Shown: positions 20,185 to 31,275, numbered from the stretch's first letter. The stretch: 64,000 nucleotides of DNA from Bdellovibrionota bacterium (GCA_050952645.1 JBMNLI010000017.1:196970-260969); one strand, 5' to 3'. Numbers and translations: made by a program. Notes: generated by a model not told the origin, from the sequence alone.

Positions 20185-20865
20185 GTGTCTTATCTTAAAA
20201 ACACAGTAGACATACATGAGGTTAAAATCATGGGCATTAATCTTCTAGGTAGATTTGGTAAAATTAGTCGAGATCAAAAATTATTATTCGGTTTCGTTGG
20301 ATATCATAGGGGGACAATCTATTTAAAGCCAAAAGACCAAGACTTTGAAAAAGAAGAAGAATTGATAAACGAGGCTATAGCTTATGCAACCCTACAAGAT
20401 AGAAAAGTTTTATTTACACTATACGATCCTGAAGAACGTAGATATAAACTTTACATTATTACTAAGGAAAGTACTCTTGAAGCGGTTCGAAACATGCCTA
20501 AACCATCCCCAGTAGACTTCTCCTTGATCTTAGGCTGTTCGCCTAAGCTTAAAAATTTTGAAGATTATGGGGAATATGTACTTTGTGATACAGTTCCGTA
20601 TAGTCGTCTTATTGGTGATGTAATAAAAACTGCAGTAAAAGTAGCAAGAGCAATGGAAAAATGTGTTGTTTTTGAATTCCGTTGGTTTTGTATTGTGTTT
20701 CACTGTATGATTACGCCTGATAGCACCGAACAAGAGAGCATGGATCTTTGCACAACCATTATCGAAGGTGATAGATTCCCCTATTGGAAAGGGGATTTTG
20801 AGGATGAAATGAGATGTGAGGAATCACAAAAAATTCATAACTTTTTTATAGAGTCTTTAGAATAG
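20185..20865 (+). CDS. Hypothetical Cys-rich protein (226 aa) in the same GC-elevated island
   Basis: ORF with candidate promoter TTGACT-17-TATGCT upstream; no family recognised. Confidence 0.45.
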   Translation: MSYLKNTVDIHEVKIMGINLLGRFGKISRDQKLLFGFVGYHRGTIYLKPKDQDFEKEEELINEAIAYATLQDRKVLFTLYDPEERRYKLYIITKESTLEAVRNMPKPSPVDFSLILGCSPKLKNFEDYGEYVLCDTVPYSRLIGDVIKTAVKVARAMEKCVVFEFRWFCIVFHCMITPDSTEQESMDLCTTIIEGDRFPYWKGDFEDEMRCEESQKIHNFFIESLE

Positions 20866-21006
20866 CTCTAATGAGGGATTAGTAGCTAGAGCCTCCGCTC
20901 GACAGCCACCACTTATAGCGAATGCCTTTGCACTTGGGCATAAGGATTTTTCAAAAATATTTCCTTTTATAATCCTTTTACAATCCGATTTAAGATCACT
21001 TTTTAG

Positions 21007-21231
21007 CTAAAATCCAACAAAACCTTTTACCTCTAATTTTAAATCTTCAGTTTCATCGTCGAAAAGAATTTTTGCTTTGTTATTATTTAAAAGAGCTTTT
21101 ACTTTAGATATTTCCTTATCCATATCTAAGTCTAAACTTAAATTCATAGTTTGCTCAAATATAAATTCTTTTATTATACCTGTAAGCGCCTCATCGGATA
21201 ATTTTTTATAATCTATATTTATAATCGTCAT
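21007..21231 (-). CDS. Small acidic hypothetical protein, translationally coupled (4-bp overlap) to the upstream helicase-nuclease
   Basis: 74-aa ORF; ATGA overlap with the 21228..24410 gene. Confidence 0.35.
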   Translation of the reverse strand: MTIINIDYKKLSDEALTGIIKEFIFEQTMNLSLDLDMDKEISKVKALLNNNKAKILFDDETEDLKLEVKGFVGF

Positions 21232-24200
21232 AACTTATATACTTTGCCTGCCATAACAAACATTAGCACAGTATCTACATTAGCCACTTCACCATACTGC
21301 TTAACTAACGCATTTTTATATATCTCTATTTGTGGCTTATAAAAAGATAGCTTGCTTCCTACGTTTTCACTACTTACACTATCAGTCTTAAAATCTATTA
21401 TCTCTATATTAGAAATTTTACCTTTTTTATAACCTAAAACCACCCTATCTATAAAACCCTTATAAATAACATCATTTTGCTTAAACATGATCGGCTCTTC
21501 TACTAGCACCTCTATATCATCTATTTCCCACGTATCAAAATAATACGCCTTGCTAAGCCTTTCTCTTATTTTAGGAAAAGTTAAACTATTTTTAAACTTT
21601 TCAAACATCTCGCTTAACTCACTTTCACTAAAATCATTCTGAGCATCTCTTATAATAAAATTTTTAGCCTCTACATCAACTTCATCTAACCAAGAAATAT
21701 TCTCAAAAAATTTATGGTATACACTTCCCCTTTTTAAAGTCTGCTCTAAATTTATATTTAAAATATCTTTTACTAAATACTCCCCATCTCCCTCTTCGTT
21801 TGACGGACTTTTAACGCTTAAATTTTTTTCCTTTTCTTTCTTCTTAAACGATGTAAAAAGTATTTCTTTATCTTTATTCTTATCTTTATTCTTATCTTTA
21901 CATTTTTTAGCTTCAGATTTTTTTTCTTCTTTTACCTTGTAAAAATCATCATCGCCTATTTTAAAAACCTCTTCGTTAGATATTTTACTTCCTAAGATTT
22001 GTAAAATAAAAGAAGCCATACTATAATAATTTTTCTTAGTTAATTTATTTTTATAATCCTTAGAAATAAAAATACTAAGAGATTGCTTTGCCCTAGTTAG
22101 TGCTACATACAAAAGACAAAAAGTTTCTTCTAATTTTATTTTTTTCTCTTGCAATGCCATTTCAGAATAAACCTCGTGCTCTTTTTCAAGAACTCTACTT
22201 ACACTAGCTTTAGCCCCGAGGAGAACTCTTTTAGGCTTTTTCGTTCTATCTTCATAGTAGTGTAATATTTTATCTTGATGCTTAAATATATCATCTTCTA
22301 TATTAGGAAGCACCACGGCGTCAAACTCTAGCCCCTTTGCCGCATGCATAGTCATCACTCTAACATTAGAAGAAGTTATATTTACCATAGTTTGCAAAGA
22401 TACGTAATTTAAAAACTCATCTATATTTTTCTTTCCTTCTTGGTCATATAAAATACATATATCGATAAGTTGCTCTACTACTAATTTTTCTAAGCTAGAT
22501 AATTTATCTTTTATATCTTTATATAAAAATGATACTACCCCTTTAAAACCATCATCTATAAAAATTCTTTTTAATAATTGAAGCGTCTTATCTCGAACCT
22601 CATCACCAAAAAGCTCCTTTGATACGCTTTTTATCTTAAACAGGCACATCGTATCTCTTCGGTGCTCCATATATTTTAAAACGGAAAGAATAAAAATTAC
22701 GCTTTTAAAATCTACTAAGCGAACCTTTCCCTCTTGACTAGCTTTAATATTGTAAGGTGGTTCATTTAAAGCAAAAATTATCTCTCCTACTAGGTTATTA
22801 CTTCTACATAAAACGCCTATGGAAATTTGAGGATATTTATCTACTAACTCCTTTACTCTTTTACAAGTGCTTATTACATGAATATTATCCTCCCTATCTT
22901 CCTTATCCTCCTTAACATTCTCGTTTGTATCTTCTTTATTCTCTTCTTCTTTTTCTTTCGATATAATTTGAACTAAAACATTCCCCCTTAACTCTTTGTT
23001 ATGAGCTAAATGCTCAGAAAAATTTTCATCCCATTTTTCTATTACATCTTTAAAGCATTCTTCAACATCGATGCTTTTAAAATTTTTACAAATTAAGTTT
23101 ACAAAATCTATAATTACAGGGGATGAACGATAACTTTTTGCTAACACCTCTTTTTTAACTTGAGGCCAATTATCTTTAATAGTTTTAAATATATCTGCTA
23201 CCCCTCCACGCCAAGCATATATCGCCTGTTTTGGGTCTCCTACACAAAAGAAAGTCCTTTCTATGCTAGATAAAATTTCATCGACCATAGGCTTAATAAT
23301 AACCCACTCTTCTCTTGAAGTATCCTGAAACTCATCTAGTAAAATATGCCTTAAACGAGTATCTAACCTGTAATAGATTTCATTTAAATTATCTAACGAA
23401 GCGATTTTAGAAAGCGTCCATTTTAATTCTGAAAAATCTAACGCCCCGATTTTATCTCTAGTTTCTTCATAAATTTTTGAAAATTTTTTTATTAAACCAT
23501 AAATAAGGTTAGTTTTATTATTTAGTTTTTCAATATTGTAAGCACAAAAAAGTTTGATAACTTTTTGTGCTATAAACTTTATATCGATAGGTATTTCTAT
23601 TCGATCAAAAGTAGAAACGCCATTTATTATATTTTGAAACAACTGAGAGGTAAGAAGATTATCAAAATTTCCATTCTCTAAATCGCTTAATAGTTGAGTT
23701 TTTACTTTTAAGTAATTTGCTTTCTCACTTCCATTTTTATTTTTAGGAACTTTAGTATTACTAATATCATTTATAAGAGAAGCGATATAATCTTTACTTA
23801 AAAGCTCTTTATCATAACTTAAACTACCCCATGCTTCTTTTGTAGTGTTTTTAAATTCACTATAAAAACTATTAAAATGCTCAAATAAACTATCACTAAC
23901 GCTTTTTATCTCATTTTTATTACTTATATCGTTTAGAAAATCATATATTTTTTTAGGTTCTTCTTCCTTAAAAAGCTTTATCATAGCCTCTGCTAAGATT
24001 CCATTTTTTACATCTTCCGATGATATATCTATTTTCGATATAAACCCGAGTTCAGTAGAAAAGATGGTCGCAATTTTTGCGAAAAAGCTATCCATCGTAG
24101 ATATCATTATTTTATGTTGAAACTTTATAAGATTATTTAACGCTACTTTAGGAGAAAGCTTTATATTTTCCGAATTTATTTGTAAGAGTAATTCCTTTTC

Positions 24201-24410
24201 TTCCTCTTTATCTAAAACTGCCATTGCAAGTCTCTCTATTACTCTTGAAAGGATTTCGCTTGCTGCTTTTTTTGTAAAGGTAGTCGCTAGAATATTTTCT
24301 ACGCTTTCACCTTCAAGGAGAAGTTTTATATATTCTAAAGTTAATGAAAAAGTTTTTCCTGAACCTGCGTTTGCTTCAATAAGTTTTGCCGTTGCTAAAT
24401 TATTTACCAT
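21228..24410 (-). CDS. UvrD/PcrA-family SF1 helicase fused to a C-terminal PD-(D/E)XK nuclease (AddA-like)
   Basis: Motifs AGSGKT, DEFQDTS, VGDPKQAIYAWRGG, HAAKGLEFD, YVALTRAK; C-terminal GFIDRV...EIIDFKTD nuclease motif; 1060 aa; no AddB-like partner in the window. Confidence 0.75.
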   Translation of the reverse strand: MVNNLATAKLIEANAGSGKTFSLTLEYIKLLLEGESVENILATTFTKKAASEILSRVIERLAMAVLDKEEEKELLLQINSENIKLSPKVALNNLIKFQHKIMISTMDSFFAKIATIFSTELGFISKIDISSEDVKNGILAEAMIKLFKEEEPKKIYDFLNDISNKNEIKSVSDSLFEHFNSFYSEFKNTTKEAWGSLSYDKELLSKDYIASLINDISNTKVPKNKNGSEKANYLKVKTQLLSDLENGNFDNLLTSQLFQNIINGVSTFDRIEIPIDIKFIAQKVIKLFCAYNIEKLNNKTNLIYGLIKKFSKIYEETRDKIGALDFSELKWTLSKIASLDNLNEIYYRLDTRLRHILLDEFQDTSREEWVIIKPMVDEILSSIERTFFCVGDPKQAIYAWRGGVADIFKTIKDNWPQVKKEVLAKSYRSSPVIIDFVNLICKNFKSIDVEECFKDVIEKWDENFSEHLAHNKELRGNVLVQIISKEKEEENKEDTNENVKEDKEDREDNIHVISTCKRVKELVDKYPQISIGVLCRSNNLVGEIIFALNEPPYNIKASQEGKVRLVDFKSVIFILSVLKYMEHRRDTMCLFKIKSVSKELFGDEVRDKTLQLLKRIFIDDGFKGVVSFLYKDIKDKLSSLEKLVVEQLIDICILYDQEGKKNIDEFLNYVSLQTMVNITSSNVRVMTMHAAKGLEFDAVVLPNIEDDIFKHQDKILHYYEDRTKKPKRVLLGAKASVSRVLEKEHEVYSEMALQEKKIKLEETFCLLYVALTRAKQSLSIFISKDYKNKLTKKNYYSMASFILQILGSKISNEEVFKIGDDDFYKVKEEKKSEAKKCKDKNKDKNKDKEILFTSFKKKEKEKNLSVKSPSNEEGDGEYLVKDILNINLEQTLKRGSVYHKFFENISWLDEVDVEAKNFIIRDAQNDFSESELSEMFEKFKNSLTFPKIRERLSKAYYFDTWEIDDIEVLVEEPIMFKQNDVIYKGFIDRVVLGYKKGKISNIEIIDFKTDSVSSENVGSKLSFYKPQIEIYKNALVKQYGEVANVDTVLMFVMAGKVYKL

Positions 24411-24454
24411 AGCTTCTAGTTTATATTTTATCTTTACTTTTAACTAGATATAAA

Positions 24455-24490
24455 AAAGGCTCTTTTGAAAAAACCTTACAAAAGAGCCTT
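24455..24490 (-). terminator. Rho-independent terminator downstream of pyruvate kinase (13-bp perfect stem AAAGGCTCTTTTG / CAAAAGAGCCTTT plus T-run)
   Basis: Perfect inverted repeat followed by T-run on the minus strand. Confidence 0.6.
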
Positions 24491-24610
24491 TGTATATTTT
24501 TTATTTAGTAAATTTTTATTTGCAAAATAATTTACCAAATACTTAACTAAATACTTTATTAAATACTTTACTAAATACTTTGCTAAATAAAATTATAGCT
24601 AATTTTAAAA

Positions 24611-26092
24611 CTAAAACGGAATGATTTGAACTGCCGTAGAGCGACGGTCATCACTTCCTTCTACGTTTATTGCACGTGTGCAAACTGCTATATCCCCTAC
24701 TTCAGGTTTTAAAATCTCTCTAACTCTATCTACTGCCACTTTTAGCGGAACTGGTGAGCCTTCCTCTAGTGTATCTATAAAAACTGGTTGCACACCAAAG
24801 AGCAAACACATTTGTCTTAACGTTAATTTAGTCGCAGTAACTCCAAATAAAGTTTGTGCTGGCCTATATTTAGCGATTAGCCTAGTAGTTCTTCCCGTAT
24901 CTGAAGAAACGATAAGCGCCTTAGCTTGTACTTTATCGGCAGCGGCGCAAGCAGCATATGCGATTGAATCTTGAACGGCCTCTCTTTCTTCATTCTCTAT
25001 TTTTTCTAAATATCCTTCTTCACTTAAATAAGGCTCAATCTCTAATGCAACTTTTCTTAAATATCCTACCGCCTCTTCTGGATTATTTCCGATAGCGGTT
25101 TCCTCAGAAAGCATCACTGCATCTGCACCGTCAAAAATAGCGTTAGCAACGTCCGTCACCTCAGCTCTAGTAGGTCTAATATTAGTTACCATTGAATGAA
25201 GCATTTGAGTAGCAACTATTACAGGTTTTCCTAGTATGTTAGCTTTTGCGATAAGTTCTTTTTGAACTACGGGCAATCTTTCCATAGGGATTTCAACCCC
25301 AAGGTCGCCACGAGCTACCATAATGCCATCCGTTACTTCTAAAATTTCATCTATCTTTTTTAAAGATGTTTTACATTCAATCTTAGAAATTACTTTTAAT
25401 TTTGAGTTTTTAGATTTTATATAATCCTTTATTCTCTTAACATCCTCAGGAGTTTGAACGAATGAAAGAGCTACATAATCAAAATTTCTTTCTAATCCCC
25501 ATTTTAAATCTTCTATATCTTTTTCAGTAGTTGCAGGAAGTGGAATTACATTATCAGGGAAAATTATTCCTACTCTACTTCTTAATTTACCACCTCTAGT
25601 AACTACGCAAGATACAACGCCATCTACTACATCCACAACCTCTAGCTCTATAATACCATCTGCTAAAAGCACCCTATTGGTTTTTTGTAAAACTAACGAT
25701 GGATCGAAAACGCCAACGTATAAAGTATCTACCGAACTTTTCTCCGTTTTACTATGTTTAATTTGAATTTTATGGCCATTTTTTAACTCTGGGAACTCTT
25801 CTCCATCTAACTCGGTAATTCTTATTTTTGGGCCCGATAAATCTTGGAGCACGGCCACTGGAACTTTTAGCCTTTCACTTACGTTTCTAACTCTTTCTAA
25901 AAGAGCGCCATGTTCTTCATAAGAACCGTGCGAAAAATTTTGTCTAAATACGTTAACTCCAGCTTTGATAAGCTTTTCAATCATTTCTTCGCTACTAGAT
26001 GCTGGCCCTAAAGTCGCAACAATCTTAGTTTTCCTAAACACTTGCTCGTTTGAACACGAACAACAATCACAATCAGCTTTACATTCCGTCAT
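24611..26092 (-). CDS. pyk: Pyruvate kinase with an unusual Cys-rich N-terminal extension (MTECKADCDCCSCS)
   Basis: Full PK fold motifs; 493 aa. Confidence 0.9.
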   Translation of the reverse strand: MTECKADCDCCSCSNEQVFRKTKIVATLGPASSSEEMIEKLIKAGVNVFRQNFSHGSYEEHGALLERVRNVSERLKVPVAVLQDLSGPKIRITELDGEEFPELKNGHKIQIKHSKTEKSSVDTLYVGVFDPSLVLQKTNRVLLADGIIELEVVDVVDGVVSCVVTRGGKLRSRVGIIFPDNVIPLPATTEKDIEDLKWGLERNFDYVALSFVQTPEDVKRIKDYIKSKNSKLKVISKIECKTSLKKIDEILEVTDGIMVARGDLGVEIPMERLPVVQKELIAKANILGKPVIVATQMLHSMVTNIRPTRAEVTDVANAIFDGADAVMLSEETAIGNNPEEAVGYLRKVALEIEPYLSEEGYLEKIENEEREAVQDSIAYAACAAADKVQAKALIVSSDTGRTTRLIAKYRPAQTLFGVTATKLTLRQMCLLFGVQPVFIDTLEEGSPVPLKVAVDRVREILKPEVGDIAVCTRAINVEGSDDRRSTAVQIIPF

Positions 26093-26558
26093 AAATGCAC
26101 CTTTCTCCTTTTATTTGATTATAATTATAAATTTATATTCACAATATATATTACGCACATACATATCATAAATGTATTATGCGTATATAATGTTTAAAAA
26201 ACGTTATACATATATAACTTTATACACATATATATATGATGCTAAAAAATTTAAGATGATTTTGTAAAATATCTTCTTTCTTTTTTATCTTTTATTTTTA
26301 AATTACCAAAATTTAATTATAATTTTTAAAACAACTAAAAAATTATACTCCGATAATATTATTTTTAAAGATAAAAAGTTTAAGGCTATAAATAACACCA
26401 TTTAAGCTTTTTAAAATCAACTAGTTAGATAAGGGTTTTAGAAAAAAATATTTTTTTAGATAAAACTATAAAACTAGTAAGTAAATTAACTAATAAGAAG
26501 ATCAACTAATAAATAGATTAACTAATAATAGCTAATAAAAAGATTAATAATAAAAAGA

Positions 26559-29009
26559 TTAATGAGTAGATAAAGAGACACCCTCATCTTTTTCAGGATA
26601 GTTTATTTTTCCATCATTATTATCATCTTCATATAAAAATTTATCTCTTATTTCTCTTTCTTCTTGTAATTTCTCAAAAGCCTCTTTGCTATCTATACGC
26701 AAAGCCTCAAAAAGTGCCTCATCGGCATGAGAGATAGGCACTAACTCTAAATCTTTTCTTACAGTAGCTGGTATTTCTTCTATATTCTGCTCATTTTCTT
26801 TAGGAAAAAGTATCTTTTTAATTCCCCCCCTATGAGCTGCTAGTGCTTTTTCTTTTAAACCACCAATAGCAAGGATATTTCCTCTAAGTGTAATCTCACC
26901 AGTCATCGCTACATTTTTATCTACTGGAATTCCCGTTAATGCAGAAACGATAGTAGTAGCGATAGTTACGCCCGCAGATGGACCATCTTTAGGGATCGCC
27001 CCTTCAGGAACATGCACATGGAGGTCTATTTTATCATAAAAATATTTCGGAAGCCCTAGCATTTCAGCTTTAGAACGAACGTAGCTTAGAGCTGCCTTTG
27101 CAGACTCTTGCATCACATCTCCTAATTTTCCTGTAATTAACAAACGTCCTTTTCCAGGCAAAACCGTAGTTTCAATCGCAAGGAGTTCTCCGCCTCTTTC
27201 AGTCCAAGCAAGCCCAGTGGTCATTCCCGTTTGGTGTTGTTCTTCATGTTTTCCGTAGCTATAAATAGGTTGCCCTAAATATTTATTTATATTTTCAGCC
27301 GATACTACTACTTTATGTTTTTTATTATTTTCTACTACCTCCATAGCGGCCTTTCTACAAAGCGCAGCTATGGCTCTTTCTAAACTTCTAACTCCAGCCT
27401 CTTTCGTGTATCGCCTAATAATTTCTACGTAAGCAGAATCTTCTATAGTAATATTTTCAGGTTTTAAACCGTTTTGTTCTAACTCTTTTTTGTATAAATA
27501 TTTTTTAGCGATAACTAGTTTTTCAAGCTCAGTATAACCTGATAAGCTTAATATTTCCATTCTATCCATTAAAGGTTCTGGGATTTGATGGAGTGCATTC
27601 GCCGTGCAAACGAACATCACATTCGTTAGGTCGTATTCACAATCTAAATAGTGATCACTAAAATTAACATTTTGCTCAGGGTCTAAAACCTCTAAAAGTG
27701 CAGCCGATGGGTCGCCTCTAAAGTCTGCCGACATTTTATCTATTTCATCTAACAAAAATACTGGATTACTTTTCTTAGCTTTTTTTATAGATTGTATTAT
27801 TTTCCCTGGCATCGCTCCGATGTAAGTTCTTCTATGTCCTCTAATTTCTGCCTCATCTCTTACACCACCTAAGGAAATACGCACAAACTCTCTATTAACG
27901 GCTCTTGCTATTGAGCGTCCTATCGATGTTTTACCAACCCCTGGAGGTCCTACTAGACACAAGATTGGTCCTTTTATTTTTCCTACTAATTTTTGAACTG
28001 CTAAATATTCTAAAATTCTTTCTTTTACTTTTTCTAAGCCATAATGTTCTTCTTCTAATACATCCCTTGCATGATCCATATCTATATCATCTACAGATAT
28101 TTCATTCCAAGGAAGAGATAGCATCCAATCTACGTAATTTCTTACGACCGTTGCTTCTGCCGACATAGGAGACATCATCTTTAATTTTCTTATTTCTTTT
28201 TCAGTTTTTTCACGAGCCTCATCTGGCATATCTTTTTCTTTAAGCTTATCTTCAAGTTCTTGAACCTCGTTTCTAAAATCATCTTTATCTCCGAGTTCTT
28301 TTTGGATAGCACGCATTTGCTCATTTAAGTAATACTCTTTTTGCGTCTTTTCCATTTGTTTTTTTACTCTATTTCGTATTCTTTTTTCTACTTGCAATAT
28401 TTCTATTTCAGATTTCATAAAATCTAAAACTTTTTCGAGTCTTTCTTTTGGATCTACAGTTTCTAAGAGCGATTGCCTATCTTCAGGCTTTATATTTAAT
28501 TGAATGCCGATAGTATCTGCAAGTTTAGAAGGGTCTTCTATATTTTTAACTTGCATTATCATTTCAGGACTTACTTTTTTCCCAAGATTAACGTAATTTT
28601 CAAACGATACATTTACGGAACGCATCAACGCCTTTAATTCAGTCGTAGTTTCAAACTCTGCACTTAACTCTTCTACATCTACGAGCATACAATCTTCATT
28701 ATCGTGATGTTTTAATATTCTAGCTCTAGCTTTTCCTTCGATTAAAACTTTTATTGGGCCATCTGCAAGTCTAATTAGTTGAACGACTTCACCTAAAGTG
28801 CCAATCTCAAAAATATCTTCTTGAGTTGGTGAGCTAGTTCTTGCATCTTTTTGAGCAGCTAGCATTATTAGCTTTCCTTGATTTTGTGCTTCTTCTATGG
28901 CTCTAACGCTCTTTTCTCGCCCTACAAATAGTGGCACTACTTGAGCAGGAAAAACTGCTGGTTCTCTTAATGCTAACAACGGAAGAGGATTCTCAATTTT
29001 TAATTTCAT
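26559..29009 (-). CDS. lon: ATP-dependent Lon protease
   Basis: LON N-domain, AAA+ GPPGVGKTS, catalytic S/K proteolytic domain (PKDGPSAG); 816 aa. Confidence 0.95.
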   Translation of the reverse strand: MKLKIENPLPLLALREPAVFPAQVVPLFVGREKSVRAIEEAQNQGKLIMLAAQKDARTSSPTQEDIFEIGTLGEVVQLIRLADGPIKVLIEGKARARILKHHDNEDCMLVDVEELSAEFETTTELKALMRSVNVSFENYVNLGKKVSPEMIMQVKNIEDPSKLADTIGIQLNIKPEDRQSLLETVDPKERLEKVLDFMKSEIEILQVEKRIRNRVKKQMEKTQKEYYLNEQMRAIQKELGDKDDFRNEVQELEDKLKEKDMPDEAREKTEKEIRKLKMMSPMSAEATVVRNYVDWMLSLPWNEISVDDIDMDHARDVLEEEHYGLEKVKERILEYLAVQKLVGKIKGPILCLVGPPGVGKTSIGRSIARAVNREFVRISLGGVRDEAEIRGHRRTYIGAMPGKIIQSIKKAKKSNPVFLLDEIDKMSADFRGDPSAALLEVLDPEQNVNFSDHYLDCEYDLTNVMFVCTANALHQIPEPLMDRMEILSLSGYTELEKLVIAKKYLYKKELEQNGLKPENITIEDSAYVEIIRRYTKEAGVRSLERAIAALCRKAAMEVVENNKKHKVVVSAENINKYLGQPIYSYGKHEEQHQTGMTTGLAWTERGGELLAIETTVLPGKGRLLITGKLGDVMQESAKAALSYVRSKAEMLGLPKYFYDKIDLHVHVPEGAIPKDGPSAGVTIATTIVSALTGIPVDKNVAMTGEITLRGNILAIGGLKEKALAAHRGGIKKILFPKENEQNIEEIPATVRKDLELVPISHADEALFEALRIDSKEAFEKLQEEREIRDKFLYEDDNNDGKINYPEKDEGVSLSTH

Positions 29010-29170
29010 GAAATAACCTTACCTAATAAAAAAATATTTTCACTTTCACTATAATGAACAAATCGGAAAGTTTCAAATATTTATTAATACTTATTTTTAA
29101 ATTTCTCTTTATTTATTTTTCTTTTAATTTATTTATTTCTCTTTATTATTAATTATTACATTATATCTAA

Positions 29171-29247
29171 TTCATAGTATCTCTAATTCATAGTATCACA
29201 AATCATAGTATCACAAATCATAGTATCACAAATTATAGTATCATTTT
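29171..29247. repeat. Five tandem copies of a 15-bp unit (TCATAGTATCACAAA), followed by a very AT-rich tract, in the lon/birA divergent intergenic region
   Basis: Direct repeats read from the sequence; iteron-like or operator-like. Confidence 0.6.
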
Positions 29248-29559
29248 ATACACTTAAAGATATATACATATATTATATAATATATAAACGTATAAGCATA
29301 TAACATATAATAATAGATAATATGTAATATATTACTAATATATAATAACTATTGCATAAAAATTCAAATAAAAATTTTTCTATATGCTTTTTTTATTAAA
29401 TAAATTTATTTAACAAAATACATTTTTTAAGATGACTTTTAAAACTAAGATGGTTGCTTTTTTTATTATTTTTATTATTTTAATAAAGTCTTTTAAAAAT
29501 AAGTGCTTACGCTTTTTTAAAACAAACATTTTAAGAATATTTAAATATACCTTAATATT

Positions 29560-30291
29560 ATGGGAAAATATAACATCATTACATTTGATTTATTAGACTC
29601 TACTAACACTTATGCGCTACAAAACATAGATGCGCTAGAGGATAGAACGTTAATTTTAGCTAACTCTCAAACTAAGGGGCGTGGAAAATTTCAAAGAGGC
29701 TGGGAATCTCAAAACACGAAAAATATTTACGCTTCATTAGTCTTAAAACCGAAAAATAATTTAGATTCCAAATTCTTTTTTGGCAATATCACGCAATTTT
29801 TATCGGTTATTATTTGCGATATATTAAAGCAATATGGAGTTCTCCCAGAAATTAAATGGCCTAATGATATTTTAATATCTGATAAAAAAATATGTGGTAT
29901 TCTTACTGAAAAAAGCACTAAAAATGCTGGGGTAGTCGTTGGCTTTGGAATAAATTTAGAACTTAAAAAAGAAGAGGCAGAAAAAATTTCTAGGAAAGCT
30001 ACGTCGCTAAGTGCTGAATTAAAAGCTAAAAAAGATATCAATAAAATATCTTTTTTAAACTTACTATTAGATGCTTTTTTTATGGAATACGACTCATTTT
30101 TATTAAATGGTTTTGATTTTTTTAAAGAAAGGTATATTAAATATTCTAATTTTTTAGGAAAGGAAATTCTTATAAATAATTTTGATACTAGCATTAAAGG
30201 TATAGCTAAGAGCATTAACGATGATGGAACGCTAACTATTGAAAATGAAAACAAAAAAGAAATTAAAATTATAGCAGGAGAGATTGCATAA
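29560..30291 (+). CDS. birA: Biotin--[acetyl-CoA-carboxylase] ligase (class I, no HTH)
   Basis: GRGRxGR-like KGRGKFQRGWES motif; 243 aa. Confidence 0.8.
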   Translation: MGKYNIITFDLLDSTNTYALQNIDALEDRTLILANSQTKGRGKFQRGWESQNTKNIYASLVLKPKNNLDSKFFFGNITQFLSVIICDILKQYGVLPEIKWPNDILISDKKICGILTEKSTKNAGVVVGFGINLELKKEEAEKISRKATSLSAELKAKKDINKISFLNLLLDAFFMEYDSFLLNGFDFFKERYIKYSNFLGKEILINNFDTSIKGIAKSINDDGTLTIENENKKEIKIIAGEIA

Positions 30292-30606
30292 AAAGCGTGA
30301 TGCTTTAAAATTAAAACTAGCAAAAATATAAAATTTCAATAAAAATCTTTTAAAAAACTCTTCAAAAAAAAAATTATAGGAAAAATCAAAAGAAAATCCT
30401 CAATAAAATCAATATGTTATAAATATTTGTAAGATTTTACAAAGATCTTACAAGGTTATTACAAATCTATGACAACTCGTTTTTAAAAATAAGCTAAAAC
30501 ATTATCTAAATTTTTTTTGCACTATGTGTTTTACGTAAATATCGAAGTGAAATACTAAGGCAAAATATTAAAACAAAATATTAATCATATAGGAGATAAA
30601 AATAAA

Positions 30607-31275
30607 ATGGAAAATGTTTTAGTAAATAATATTGAAAATGAAACTGTATCTTTAACCGACTTAGAGTTAATAACACTTTTGAAGCGAGAAAAAAACCAGG
30701 ATGCTTTTCAGGAGATCATTAATAGGTATGCTGAAAAAATTTTTACGCTTTCATTTAGGATTACTAGAAATAAGGAAGATGCTGAAGAAGCTTTGCAAGA
30801 TACGCTTATTGCGGTTTATACAAAAATAGATTCTTTTAAAGAAGAATCTACTTTTTCTAGTTGGCTTTATAGAGTTACTAGCAATGCTGCGTTTATGGTT
30901 ATTAGAAAAAGGAAAAAGACTGAGGCTATTTCGCTAACTGATACTGAGGATTTTACTACTTCGCAAATAATTACAAAAAATAATTATGAAGATATAAATT
31001 ATTTAAGCACTAAGCATGAGCTTCAAGAAAAATTAGAGTTAGCGCTTCTTAAACTTCCTAAGGATTACAGAGAGATATTTATAATGCGTGATGTAGATAA
31101 GATTTCTAATAAGAAGATTGCGCAAAAGTTTAATTTAAGTATTCCTGCTACTAAGGCTAAAATTCATCGTGCTCGACTTTTGCTTAGAAAGGAACTTAAA
31201 AACTATTATGAAGATTATACTACTAGTAAAGAGTTTATTAAAACTCCGAAAGAGTGTATCGATTTTGCTATGTAG
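30607..31275 (+). CDS. ECF-type sigma-70 family sigma factor
   Basis: Region 2 and region 4 (helix-turn-helix) signatures; 222 aa. Confidence 0.8.
   Translation: MENVLVNNIENETVSLTDLELITLLKREKNQDAFQEIINRYAEKIFTLSFRITRNKEDAEEALQDTLIAVYTKIDSFKEESTFSSWLYRVTSNAAFMVIRKRKKTEAISLTDTEDFTTSQIITKNNYEDINYLSTKHELQEKLELALLKLPKDYREIFIMRDVDKISNKKIAQKFNLSIPATKAKIHRARLLLRKELKNYYEDYTTSKEFIKTPKECIDFAM

Noticed and set aside
26100-26560. Chromosomal oriC in the AT-rich pyk-lon spacer
   Set aside because: It contains an inverted repeat (ACGCACATACATAT / ATGTATTATGCGTATAT) but no DnaA-box cluster, and dnaA/dnaN are not nearby. It is more likely just a long AT-rich promoter/terminator spacer.
29171-29247. Possible CRISPR array (regular short direct repeats)
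   Set aside because: Units are directly tandem with no spacers, only 15 bp, and no cas genes are nearby. The other tandem repeats (54181..54440, 8560..8650, 13200..13370) are in-frame coding repeats.
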